Positions 9,771-18,831 of a DNA stretch of 64,000 nt are shown one piece after another. Source of the stretch: Candidatus Fermentibacterota bacterium (GTDB lineage Bacteria > Fermentibacterota > Fermentibacteria > Fermentibacterales > JCC-6); assembly GCA_963845085.1 (NCBI GenBank), contig CAWJQI010000005.1, positions 256,001 through 320,000 of the forward strand. Direction: 5' to 3'. The number at the start of each line of letters is the position of its first letter. Position 1 is the first letter of the stretch. The translations under genes and the position numbers were made by a program. The notes below the pieces were generated by a model that ran no database searches, was not told the DNA's origin, and saw nothing but the letters and a program-made list of their open reading frames with translations.

Positions 9771-11336
9771 CTACCAGGTTTCCGCCGTTACGGCGAATTC
9801 CCTTTCGCAATCGACAGGACCGGCGTGAACCACATCAGGGCACTCCCTGTCTGAGTGCCTTGTAAGAAGGCTTACAACCACTGTGCCGGCAACGGCCATC
9901 AGCACGCCGAAAGCCAGGTAATTGTAGCCATAGCTGTTCGAAAGCCATCCAGGAAGAGCCTCGGCCCAGGAGTCAGCTATCGTGTAGTACTCCCAGAAGT
10001 AACCGCCTATCGACCCGGCCAGGCCAAGTAGAATCCCGGCGGTAACACCGGCAGCAGTCGCCCGTTTCCAGAAAGCTGCAAGGAACGGAACCGCAATGCA
10101 GGCAGAAAGCACTCCACTTGAAATGTAGTACACGTCTCCCAGCTTCTCGCTTGCCAGCGCCGCAGCCAGGGCTAAAAGGATTGTCGCCATCGAAATGATC
10201 CTTGAAAGGGTGTGCCGCTTGCCTGAAGCGGTGTTCCTGCGTTTCAGAACGGGCTCAACCATGTCGTGCGCAAGAGCCATGGAAGTCACGTTGCTGAAGG
10301 TGTCGATGGTGGACATCTGGCACGCCACAAGTCCGAGGACCATGATGATGGAAAGCCAGCCCGGCAGGCCGGCTATCACGGCACTGATAATCCCCAGTGC
10401 GTCGGGACCCACTTCAGGGGCCGGTGCTCCGTCAACAGGGGGGAATGCCGCAAGGGCGCCAAAGGCGGCAATGGATGGCAGCAGGCAGATAAAGACACCG
10501 ATGAGAAGCACCCCGAGCCATGCTCCCCGTCTGGCCTGCCTCGTGGAGGGTGCAGCCTGAACGCGGATCACCAGGTCCTGCTCCAGAAGCCATCCCGGAA
10601 GGTAGCCGACAAGCAGCACAACGGGGAACAAAACACCCAGAAACCACGGATTGCCGGCATCGCCGGCTGCCGCCCAGGGCGGGGTGACGGTTCGAAGGGC
10701 GCCCACGATATCTCCATTTGTCGCCTGCTGGGCCATTTCCAACACACCGCCCGCAAGAACTATCATGAAGAGAGCCATTATGCCGAACTGAAGCAGGTCG
10801 GTGGTGACGATGGCCCGAAAACCACCGAACCACGTGTAGAAAAGAATCGGCACAACTATCACCAGCATTGCTGCCCAGGCCGGAACTCCCAGAAACGGTG
10901 AAGCAAGGCTTCCCGCCATGAAAAGCTCCGCCTGCGTCCAGGAAAGAAAAACACCGAATGACATCACAGCAGTGAGAACCCTTGCGGCCGGACCGAACCG
11001 CCTCTGAAGGGCCTGGGGAATGCTGATGGTCGGGATGCGCCGGAGCATGGGTACGGCGGCCACGATAATGAACGTTAAAAGAATCCACGGTATCGGAAGG
11101 ATCCAGAGCCCGGACGCTCCATACATATAAATCTGCGACATTCCGAAGCCGATCCACCCCAGCATGAGCCAGCCGGCTGTCAGGCTGACGCCAAGCCGCC
11201 ACCCGGGAATCTTACGGTTGGCAAGCCAGAACTCGAGCTGGCTCTTCTCATCACTGGACTTTGCCCGAAGCTTCCATCCGAGAAGCATCACTGCCAGGCT
11301 GTAAAGAACTACTGCGCCCCAGTAAGCCCACGTCAT
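9771..11336 (-). CDS. Sodium:solute symporter (SSS) family transporter
   Basis: About 13 hydrophobic segments; FWLANR, RRFG, GGFRAIVTTDLLQ, MSTID motifs; abuts upstream barrel gene. Confidence 0.9.
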   Translation of the reverse strand: MTWAYWGAVVLYSLAVMLLGWKLRAKSSDEKSQLEFWLANRKIPGWRLGVSLTAGWLMLGWIGFGMSQIYMYGASGLWILPIPWILLTFIIVAAVPMLRRIPTISIPQALQRRFGPAARVLTAVMSFGVFLSWTQAELFMAGSLASPFLGVPAWAAMLVIVVPILFYTWFGGFRAIVTTDLLQFGIMALFMIVLAGGVLEMAQQATNGDIVGALRTVTPPWAAAGDAGNPWFLGVLFPVVLLVGYLPGWLLEQDLVIRVQAAPSTRQARRGAWLGVLLIGVFICLLPSIAAFGALAAFPPVDGAPAPEVGPDALGIISAVIAGLPGWLSIIMVLGLVACQMSTIDTFSNVTSMALAHDMVEPVLKRRNTASGKRHTLSRIISMATILLALAAALASEKLGDVYYISSGVLSACIAVPFLAAFWKRATAAGVTAGILLGLAGSIGGYFWEYYTIADSWAEALPGWLSNSYGYNYLAFGVLMAVAGTVVVSLLTRHSDRECPDVVHAGPVDCEREFAVTAETW

Positions 11337-12067
11337 TGAAGGAAACCCCAGGTTACTGAAATACCGGCGCGAAAGTGCGAGGGATCTTCAAAAGCATCCT
11401 TGATTTCGCCGTCGAGAAGCGTCGAGAAATCGGCGGACGGGGTGAGGGTTATGACGGACGAAAGCGGGATGGGTGCGGAAATCCCGATTGTGAGGTCGGC
11501 GAGGGCAGCCTTGTTCACGCCGTAAATCGCAAGGTTGTGCCTGCGGTTCCCATAGCCGAGATTTAGGTTAACCGCAGGTTCTACACAACCCACCGGTATT
11601 CCCTGGGCGAGGGAAACGGAACCGTAAAGCCCCTCGGCCTGCTCAAGATCGCGATACAGGTTCAGCGACGGTGACAGGGATACATTGGGACCCATGCAGA
11701 TATAGAGCTCTGATGAGCTTTCGTATCCCGTATTTGGATACCAGTACTTGCCGAGTCCACCGTACACCCACAGCGGGCCCAGATCCCTCGTATAGTCAAG
11801 GATGAAGTCAACTTCCGTGAACTCTCCGGCAGCGAATCCATAACCGTCACCGTAGTCATTCTCCTCGGTCATTTCCATGCTGCCCCACAGAGTGGTGCTG
11901 AACCCGGATAACCCCGCAGAGGCTGAAGGCTCGAGCACCGGAGCGTCAACGTATACCACGCCCCTGAAGAGGTAGCTGCTTCTTGCCGTGAGGTCTGCAG
12001 AACCCCAGAGATCACCGGCTGCTGCAGCTGCGAGCAGCGTCAATACAAAGATCAGACTTGTTCTCAA
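11333..12067 (-). CDS. Outer-membrane beta-barrel protein (TorF/TIGR02001-like putative porin)
   Basis: Signal peptide, S.YLFRG motif, EVDFILDY, amphipathic strands, aromatic C-terminus; TTG start with GGAGG RBS. Confidence 0.75.
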   Translation of the reverse strand: MRTSLIFVLTLLAAAAAGDLWGSADLTARSSYLFRGVVYVDAPVLEPSASAGLSGFSTTLWGSMEMTEENDYGDGYGFAAGEFTEVDFILDYTRDLGPLWVYGGLGKYWYPNTGYESSSELYICMGPNVSLSPSLNLYRDLEQAEGLYGSVSLAQGIPVGCVEPAVNLNLGYGNRRHNLAIYGVNKAALADLTIGISAPIPLSSVITLTPSADFSTLLDGEIKDAFEDPSHFRAGISVTWGFLQ

Positions 12068-12070
12068 GGA

Positions 12071-12128
12071 AACCCTCCCCCGGTATTCCGGCCGGGAAGG
12101 TTATGCGAATACAGCCCCCCGGACCGGA
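12071..12128 (-). promoter_or_regulatory. Alternative mRNA pairings controlling the barrel-gene RBS (anti-anti-SD / anti-SD / SD)
   Basis: A UCCGGUCCGGGGGG (12128-12115) pairs with B CCUUCCCGGCCGGA (12100-12087); B alternatively pairs with SD segment CCGGGGGAGGGUU (12083-12071). Confidence 0.65.
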
Positions 12129-12193
12129 GTTGTCGATCGGCTGCCCAACCCGGACAGCAATTCAATTCCTCATGTACGACGGACTGCGGTCAT
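12101..12193 (-). CDS. Putative selenocysteine-containing leader peptide MTAVRRT(U)GIELLSGLGSRSTTPVRGAVFA, 30 aa
   Basis: RBS AAGGAAAGGA before ATG 12193; in-frame TGA at 12172-12170; frame stays open to TAA 12103-12101; SECIS-like hairpin 11 nt after the TGA. Confidence 0.65.
12140..12158 (-). promoter_or_regulatory. Bacterial SECIS-like hairpin (leader peptide)
   Basis: GCUGUCC-GGGUU-GGGCAGC, 7-bp stem, G-first apical loop, 11 nt 3' of UGA. Confidence 0.65.
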
Positions 12194-12220
12194 CTTGTCC
12201 TTTCCTTGAAGGTTGGTCGG

Positions 12221-12249
12221 ATTCTTTTCACGAAACACATCGATGTCAA
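12221..12249 (-). promoter_or_regulatory. Sigma70-type promoter for leader/barrel/SSS operon
   Basis: TTGACA (12249-12244), 17 nt, AAGAAT (12226-12221). Confidence 0.6.
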
Positions 12250-12283
12250 GCGGCACCCGGCACTGTCGTAGCTCACTGCGGGT

Positions 12284-12313
12284 ACCGGCCGGGCGCAGGT
12301 TCCCCCGGCCGGT
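12284..12313. terminator. GC hairpin downstream of protease gene, upstream of leader promoter
   Basis: ACCGGCCGGG-N10-CCCGGCCGGT. Confidence 0.45.
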
Positions 12314-12333
12314 CCGCGAAATGCCCGCAACTG

Positions 12334-13423
12334 TCAGAAGGCAGCCTTTTTAGCCTCGTCGGAGAGCTCGCACCCGTACTTTTCCACCAGATACCTGTCA
12401 AGGTCATCGGCCCTGGATGCCATGTTCACGATGTTTTCCCGTAATGCTGTCGACATGGTCCGATTTCAGGTCAGAGAGGTGCACCCTGTACGAGATGTAG
12501 ACAAGCCCGCTGTCGACACCCAGGTTGTAGGGCAGCGCAGGATTGCTGAGGATATACCTGTAGAGCTCGGTGAGGTTTTCGGTCGGCAGTTTCACAAGGG
12601 GACATGTGACAGTCAGGTAGTTCGACCTGTATACGAAGATCCTGATGAGAGCGCTTCCCCGGTGAAACTCCCAGAACTCGTAGCCGTTCCGCGCCAGAAC
12701 GGGGTCAATCCCCATCTTCTCGACGGCGCTCTCGACAAACACGGAAAGATCGGTCATGGGAGCTCTTTCAAAGAGGCTCTTCACATCGAGCCTGACCCCG
12801 CAGTTCTCGCAGTACTCATCCTCCTGCTCGAGGAGGCAGCCGCACGACGGGCATCTCACCGAGTAGTGTTCGGGCATCTTCTTCTCGAGAAGTGCCAGCT
12901 CCCTCCCTATGATATCCGCCGGGAGCGAAAAACCTATGTTCTCGGCTTCCTTGAACTTGCACGTTGTTATGCCGACCACCCGGCCGTCGGGAAGCACCAT
13001 CGGGCCACCGCTGTTGCCGGGATTGATCGCGGCGTCGGTCTGGATGTAGCACTGTCCGTTCACGAGCTGGTTGACGCTCGAAATGATGCCCTCGGTCACG
13101 TTGAACGGATAGCCGAAGGGGTAGCCGAGCACAAGTATCCTGTCCATCACCTTCAGGTTGTCGACGCTCGAAAAGTCAAGTTCAGGGGCATCGATCACAC
13201 CCGCGGGTCTGAGAAACGCGAGATCGTGCTTCGGGGAGATCAGTATCACATCCGCCCTCATGGCTTCACTGCCGGTGTTCTCGACCGAGACCTCCCTCTC
13301 TCCGTCGACAACGTGGTGGTTCGTGATGATCACACCGTGCTTCTTCGAATAGAAGCCCGACCCGCTTCCGCGCGAGGTTCTTACCTTGAAGACCAGTTTG
13401 AAGATGTCATTGAGATCTGCCAT
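12334..13423 (-). CDS. Trypsin-like serine protease + zinc ribbon + YbjN-like domain; +1 frameshift near 12443
   Basis: GSGSGF, TNHHV, DLA, INPGNSGGP; CPSC...CENC; after the shift the frame continues RENIVNMASRADDLDRYLVEKYG...AAF to stop at 12336-12334. Confidence 0.8.
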
Positions 13424-13426
13424 GAT

Positions 13427-14548
13427 CTACTCCGATGGCTGTTGGAGTTTCATAACTTCCGACACCGCCTTGAAAAGCTCTTCAGCGGCCGTCTTCCAAT
13501 CTTTTCCCGACGCCGCGTGCAATCCATGGTTGAGGGTTTCTTCTATGCTCCTCGGAACCAGGAACCTGTAGAGGAGATTGTAGACATCGTAGAGAAGGAA
13601 CACCACCGCGCTCATGAACGCCGAGGAGGAGATGTCCTTCTCTGCATTGAGATAGTAGTTCTCAAGCTCCTTCTTTATCAGGGGCAGGAAGGCGTGCTTC
13701 CTGAGGGAAATCAGGCTTTCAGTCCTGTAGATGGATTCCGAGAACTTTTCAGGAGTGATGGCTGCGAGGTCGCTGAAAAAGCCGCAGAGATTGTCGAGCT
13801 TCTCAGCGGGGGCCGCCTTGGAAAATGAATCGTTCACGACCTTTCCGATCTCGGCGGCCAGAAATCCCTTCGGCGAAAAGATGTAGTCGATCTTCCAGAG
13901 GGATATCAGGCCGGACTCAACGCCCATGTCGTACCACCGGTTGTCCCTGAAGTAATGAAGGTAATCGAGACCTTCCTTCACATGCGCTCCAAACCTTGCG
14001 TAAATGTCGGCCAGTTCGGCGTCGGTGCAGTGAATGCACTTCGGTTCGCAGATCCTTTTTGCCTGGAACTTCTCGATGAACACGTCGTCGAAATGATCGG
14101 CGTTGATGCACAGCTCGTACAGGATGTCGTACAGTTTGTAGGGCTCGCACAGCGAAAGCGGCACATCGATCTCGAAATGAAGCTGGTCCTCCCTCAGCAC
14201 GATCTGTGTCAGGAAGAGGACGCCGAAGTTGATCTCCGACACCTGTCTGAGCAGGGCGTTCACCCTTTTCTCCGGCAGGCTCAGGAATGGTGCACGAATC
14301 TGAAGGGCCGAATCGGTGATCCTCATGTTGATAATGATTGAGCCGTGGGGCAGGTTGAACTCGTTCCCGTCTGCACTGCCGTACTTCGCGGCGGCTTCCG
14401 GATCCAGGTAGTCAAGCAGGTTCAGGATGGTTTCCCTGTGTTTTCCGGCGCTGTGCGAATCAAGCACCGCCTGCCATCTGTTGGTGAAATCCGTGAGCCC
14501 TGTCAGGCCTCCCGTAGGCGTTTCGAAAATGTACGAAGTGTTCATCAT
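13427..14548 (-). CDS. Hypothetical protein with YbjN/type-III-chaperone-like N-terminal domain
   Basis: HGSIII...APFL.LP...LLRQVSEINF...ADHFDD pattern; co-oriented 3 bp from protease. Confidence 0.6.
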   Translation of the reverse strand: MMNTSYIFETPTGGLTGLTDFTNRWQAVLDSHSAGKHRETILNLLDYLDPEAAAKYGSADGNEFNLPHGSIIINMRITDSALQIRAPFLSLPEKRVNALLRQVSEINFGVLFLTQIVLREDQLHFEIDVPLSLCEPYKLYDILYELCINADHFDDVFIEKFQAKRICEPKCIHCTDAELADIYARFGAHVKEGLDYLHYFRDNRWYDMGVESGLISLWKIDYIFSPKGFLAAEIGKVVNDSFSKAAPAEKLDNLCGFFSDLAAITPEKFSESIYRTESLISLRKHAFLPLIKKELENYYLNAEKDISSSAFMSAVVFLLYDVYNLLYRFLVPRSIEETLNHGLHAASGKDWKTAAEELFKAVSEVMKLQQPSE

Positions 14549-14748
14549 GCCTCCGTTACGAGTTAGGCTTCCGGCGCCCGGAGCGGCTCATTCACCCCCT
14601 GCACGCCTCGAATTTCCTTTCAGGAAGGCGACAATAGCGCAGGTTTTAATACCAGTCAATCGCACGGCACGGTCATGCCGGAATGTGTTGACCGGAGTCC
14701 GGTTCCTTCCATATCATCCCTGCGGGATACCCTTTCATCGGAGGATGA

Positions 14749-15171
14749 ATGACAACCATTGAATTCATCATAATGTGCGTGCTGATGGCAATGGTCCCCG
14801 CTTGCGGGGAAGACGGCGACGACGGAACAGGGGAGGCTTCTGATGCGTCATCCGCGGAGGTGGCATTCTCCGGAGTAGAGGAGTTGACCCGCCTTCACGG
14901 GAAGCGGGAGTCCGAAGTCGTATCTGAAATGGGTCCGCCGGATTTTGAGCAGGAACTGGTCCTGCATGCCGGAGAGACCCTTCCCGAGTTCTTTATCGAG
15001 GTTCACAACACCTATTCACCGGAAGATCCCGCCATTGAAGGAAGGGTGATAAGACACCTTCAGTGGGACAGGGATGGTTACAGCGAAGCCGTATTCATGC
15101 ACAGACCCGACCCTGACGGCGAGTGGATCGTACTCGAGTCTGTGAAGTGGTCGGAAGGGGTGGAGTTCTGA
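14749..15171 (+). CDS. Hypothetical lipoprotein
   Basis: GGAGG RBS; VPAC lipobox; acidic linker. Confidence 0.6.
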   Translation: MTTIEFIIMCVLMAMVPACGEDGDDGTGEASDASSAEVAFSGVEELTRLHGKRESEVVSEMGPPDFEQELVLHAGETLPEFFIEVHNTYSPEDPAIEGRVIRHLQWDRDGYSEAVFMHRPDPDGEWIVLESVKWSEGVEF

Positions 15172-15172
15172 C

Positions 15173-16000
15173 ATGAGGATACCAATGGTGTTTTTCTGCA
15201 CTGCCGCCACTGCCGTCTTCAATGCATCCCCCGCAGACACCGTCTACGGTTTGCCGGCCAAGGATGTTGCCATTGTCTATGCCGAACCGGCGCATCTCTA
15301 CGCAGAGCCTTCGGTCAACTCAGAACTTCTCTGCAGCCCGCCTGTCGGAACGCCTGTGCTCGATCTGGCTCCCGCCGGGAGCAGCATCCTGCAGGGCGGC
15401 ATCCTCTCCCCGTGGATGGGGGGCGTTTGCGAGGTTGATGGCAAGAGCCATCGAGGTTTCATCCTGATGGCTGACCTCGCCCTGACGGAACTGAAGCTGG
15501 GGGGTGACACACTGTTCGTGTTCGGGCTGGATTCCCTCAGAACGGTCGGTTCCGGGTACTGCGGCCAAGCCAAGGTGGTATTCGAAGGCAATGTGCTGCA
15601 GCGCATACAGCTCACTCCACCGAACGGTTTCTGGGAGGAAGGTGAATATCTTTACTGGGTCTCATCGCGTCGGATCGATCCAGCCGGCTTTTCGGGCATG
15701 GACGCCCTGTTCGTTCTCTCCTTCGAGTATCAGGCGTGCGGCTTCTTGAACCGCGCCATTCTGTTCGCCTGGTCGGACCGGTCCCTGGTGATGGGTCCTT
15801 CCGCAGACAGTGTCGCTGAGGCCGGGCTTTTCCACACTGTCGAGGAATTCCTGTTTCCGCCGGATGACGGCTCGGATCCCAATATCCTGAGGATTTCATT
15901 GGTCGTCGAGGAGTTCGTTGAAGAAGCGAGAGCCTATACCGTTACAAGAAGCGATACAACGAGATTCGAGTGGACGGGCACCGCGTTCAGGGAGTTGTAA
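15173..16000 (+). CDS. Secreted hypothetical protein, possible N-terminal SH3-like domain
   Basis: Signal-like N-terminus; LYAEPS..SE.L...P.G..V pattern. Confidence 0.55.
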   Translation: MRIPMVFFCTAATAVFNASPADTVYGLPAKDVAIVYAEPAHLYAEPSVNSELLCSPPVGTPVLDLAPAGSSILQGGILSPWMGGVCEVDGKSHRGFILMADLALTELKLGGDTLFVFGLDSLRTVGSGYCGQAKVVFEGNVLQRIQLTPPNGFWEEGEYLYWVSSRRIDPAGFSGMDALFVLSFEYQACGFLNRAILFAWSDRSLVMGPSADSVAEAGLFHTVEEFLFPPDDGSDPNILRISLVVEEFVEEARAYTVTRSDTTRFEWTGTAFREL

Positions 16001-16089
16001 CCCGCCGGCCCTGATTCCTCCGGGCCATAATCCGGTATGTTATTTGTCTCATTCAGCTTCCGGGAACAAAACTGCATGCCGTATTCACC

Positions 16090-18828
16090 GTGATGAATCG
16101 TGAGGAAATGATCGAAAACAAGATTTCAGGGCAGGTCTCAAGACCGCATGAACCACGAACCGCCGGAGCAGTCCTCTTCATCTTTCTTCTGTTCGTCCTT
16201 CCGTCACTGGCCCTCGCAAATGCTGCATCAGCAGTTACAGAAGTCGAACCGATCTCACATCGCATGATGATGCTGATGCTCCAGCTCGGAACCATCATCT
16301 TTGCAGCACGTATCGGTGGAATCGTGTTCGAAAGGATGAAGCTGCCGGCCGTTCTGGGAGAATTGACGCTCGGTATTGTCATCGGCCCTCATCTTCTCGG
16401 CGGACAGGCAATTCCTGGTTTTCCTCTTGGTCTGTTCCCCCCCGGCACATCAACACTCCCGGTGTCTCCGGAGTTGTACGGAATCTGCTCAGTTGCTGCT
16501 GTGGTACTGCTTTTCAACGTTGGACTCGAGACTGACCTGTCGCTGTTTGTTCGCTACTCAGTTGCCGGTGGACTGGTGGGTCTTGGTGGTGTTGCGGTCT
16601 CGTTCGTCGCGGGGGACTTCCTGGCCGTGGCCTGTTCGGAATGGCTTTTCGGCAGGCAAATGGGCTTTTTCTCCGGGCAGTGCCTGATGATGGGCATAAT
16701 AATGACAGCCACATCCGTAGGAATAACAGCGAGGATTCTTTCCGAGCAGCGGAAGATGAAGTCTCCCGAGGGCGTCACGATTCTTGCAGGAGCCGTGGTG
16801 GACGACGTTCTCGGCATCATCCTCCTCGCAGTGGGACTTGGCGTCATTGCTGCATCACAGGCGTCGGGCAGAGTTGATTGGGCGCACATCGGGATCATCG
16901 GCGCCAGAGCGGTCGGAATCTGGCTTGCGGCAACCGTGGTCGGAATCCTCTCGGCACGCCGCATCAGTGCGTTTCTCAAGTCCTTCGGCAACCCTTCCGT
17001 AATTGCGATCCTCGCACTGGGGCTTGCGCTAACACTCTCGGGTCTTTTCGAGAAGGCTGGCCTTGCCATGATCATCGGGGCCTATGTGATGGGACTTTCG
17101 CTGTCCAGAACCGACATCAGCCACTTGGTCAGGGAGCGGCTTGCACCAACGCACTCCCTTCTGATCCCGGTTTTTTTCGTGGTAATGGGTATGTTCGTCG
17201 ACCTGCATGCATTCGCTTCCCCAAAAGTGCTGCTTTTCGGGCTCTTCTACTCGGCGGTTGCGATCGGAGCGAAACTCGTGGGCTGCGGGATCCCGGCCCT
17301 GTTGTGCCGATTCAATACACTTGGTGCTCTTCGAATCGGAGCCGGAATGCTGCCAAGGGGGGAAGTGACGCTCATCATTGCCGGCACGGGGATGGCGATG
17401 GGCATCCTCAATGGCGAACTGTTCGGAGTTGTGGTTTTCACAACACTGCTCTCCTCTCTGGTGGCTCCACCGGTTCTGATACGGCTTTTCAAGATACCAC
17501 GGCACGGCCTGCGCAACCCTGTTCAGGAAGAGGACGTCTCTCCGATAGTATTCCGTTTCCCCTCCGCCAGAATGACCGAGCTTCTTGTGGAGAGGCTTCT
17601 GGATGTCTTCCGGGCCGAGGGTTTTTTCGTTCATGAACTCAGCAGACGCGAGCAGATCTTTCAGATCAGAAAAGACGATTACATCATAGCCTTTCAGCGG
17701 CTTGGCGATCGTATCTCCTTTCAGGCACACCAGCGCGAAGTTCCCTTTATCAATACTGCGATGATGGAAGTGGTTGCAGAACTCGAGGGGATTGCCAGGG
17801 AACTCAGCAAGCCAAAGAACCTTGGGGAAATGGGACCAAAGGTTCAATACCGGAACGGCGAAATTCACTACAGACAGGAGTTGTCAAGATACCTCTCCGT
17901 CTCGCTGCTTTTTCCTTCGCTGAAGGGTGACACCAAGGAGGCAGCATTGAACGAGATGCTGGACCGGCTTGCTCACGATAACAGGGTGAAGGACCTTCCC
18001 CTGGCTCGCAGCGTCGTCTGGGAGAGGGAGCAGAGCATGTCAACAGGCATGCAGCACGGAATTGCTCTTCCTCACGCTCGAACGGATGCGGTGTCATCCC
18101 TTGTCTGCGCTGTGGGCATGAAGCGCAGTGGAATAGAGTTCGGATCGATTGATGGCGAGCCGACCCGGATAATAGTGCTGACCTTGTCGCCGGAATCGGC
18201 ATCAGCTCCGCAGATCCGGCTCATCTCGACGATAAGCCAGGTGCTTGACGAGTTTGGACGCAAAGCGCTTCTATCATCGGAGTCGCCGGGAGAGATGTTC
18301 CTTACACTCACCGGCATTGCGCATTCGGAAAGCACCGGAAAAAGATTCTCCCGGAGGACGGGGCTTCTCCGCAAAGGTACGGGTGAACCTGACAACCTGA
18401 AGGAGTATCTGACACCAGGGCTTGTCCAGCCGGACCTTCAGGGGCGTACAGCGGAACAGGTCATTGATGAACTGCTTGGCATGCTTGTCAAATGCGGTTT
18501 CGTGTCCGATCAGGCAAATGCCCTGGATGAGGTGCTCTCCCGAGAGAAAGCAATGCCGACAGGCCTTGAACACGGTATCGCAGTTCCACACTGCCGTACA
18601 GGCCAGGTTGACCGGATTCGCTGCGCACTGGGCATTTCCAGAAGTGGAGTCGACTTTGGAGCATTCGACGGAAAACCTTCGAAAATCATCATGCTTGTTC
18701 TCTCCCCCCTCGGGGATCCTTCCTCCCACATCCGCCTGATGGCCGTGATGGGCCGTTCCCTTGACGCCCCGGGACGGGAAAGACTTCTTTCCGCAAGGAC
18801 AGTCGATGAGGTTTTCAAGGCGCTTTGA
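16090..18828 (+). CDS. CPA2 cation:proton antiporter fused to two PTS EIIA (Fru/Ntr-type) domains
   Basis: PAVLGEL, GLETD, ATSVGIT, AVVDDVLG, GMLPRGEV; two REx..TG..HGIA.PH motifs; start approximate. Confidence 0.9.
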   Translation: MMNREEMIENKISGQVSRPHEPRTAGAVLFIFLLFVLPSLALANAASAVTEVEPISHRMMMLMLQLGTIIFAARIGGIVFERMKLPAVLGELTLGIVIGPHLLGGQAIPGFPLGLFPPGTSTLPVSPELYGICSVAAVVLLFNVGLETDLSLFVRYSVAGGLVGLGGVAVSFVAGDFLAVACSEWLFGRQMGFFSGQCLMMGIIMTATSVGITARILSEQRKMKSPEGVTILAGAVVDDVLGIILLAVGLGVIAASQASGRVDWAHIGIIGARAVGIWLAATVVGILSARRISAFLKSFGNPSVIAILALGLALTLSGLFEKAGLAMIIGAYVMGLSLSRTDISHLVRERLAPTHSLLIPVFFVVMGMFVDLHAFASPKVLLFGLFYSAVAIGAKLVGCGIPALLCRFNTLGALRIGAGMLPRGEVTLIIAGTGMAMGILNGELFGVVVFTTLLSSLVAPPVLIRLFKIPRHGLRNPVQEEDVSPIVFRFPSARMTELLVERLLDVFRAEGFFVHELSRREQIFQIRKDDYIIAFQRLGDRISFQAHQREVPFINTAMMEVVAELEGIARELSKPKNLGEMGPKVQYRNGEIHYRQELSRYLSVSLLFPSLKGDTKEAALNEMLDRLAHDNRVKDLPLARSVVWEREQSMSTGMQHGIALPHARTDAVSSLVCAVGMKRSGIEFGSIDGEPTRIIVLTLSPESASAPQIRLISTISQVLDEFGRKALLSSESPGEMFLTLTGIAHSESTGKRFSRRTGLLRKGTGEPDNLKEYLTPGLVQPDLQGRTAEQVIDELLGMLVKCGFVSDQANALDEVLSREKAMPTGLEHGIAVPHCRTGQVDRIRCALGISRSGVDFGAFDGKPSKIIMLVLSPLGDPSSHIRLMAVMGRSLDAPGRERLLSARTVDEVFKAL

Positions 18829-18831
18829 GTT

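Noticed and set aside
12323..12334. GCCCGCAACTGT, resembling a cobalamin riboswitch core
   Set aside because: On the plus strand, opposite to the transporter genes; touches the restored protease stop; no B12-box or other conserved elements seen
12422..13828. 468-aa plus-strand ORF
   Set aside because: Antisense shadow of the protease and its partner
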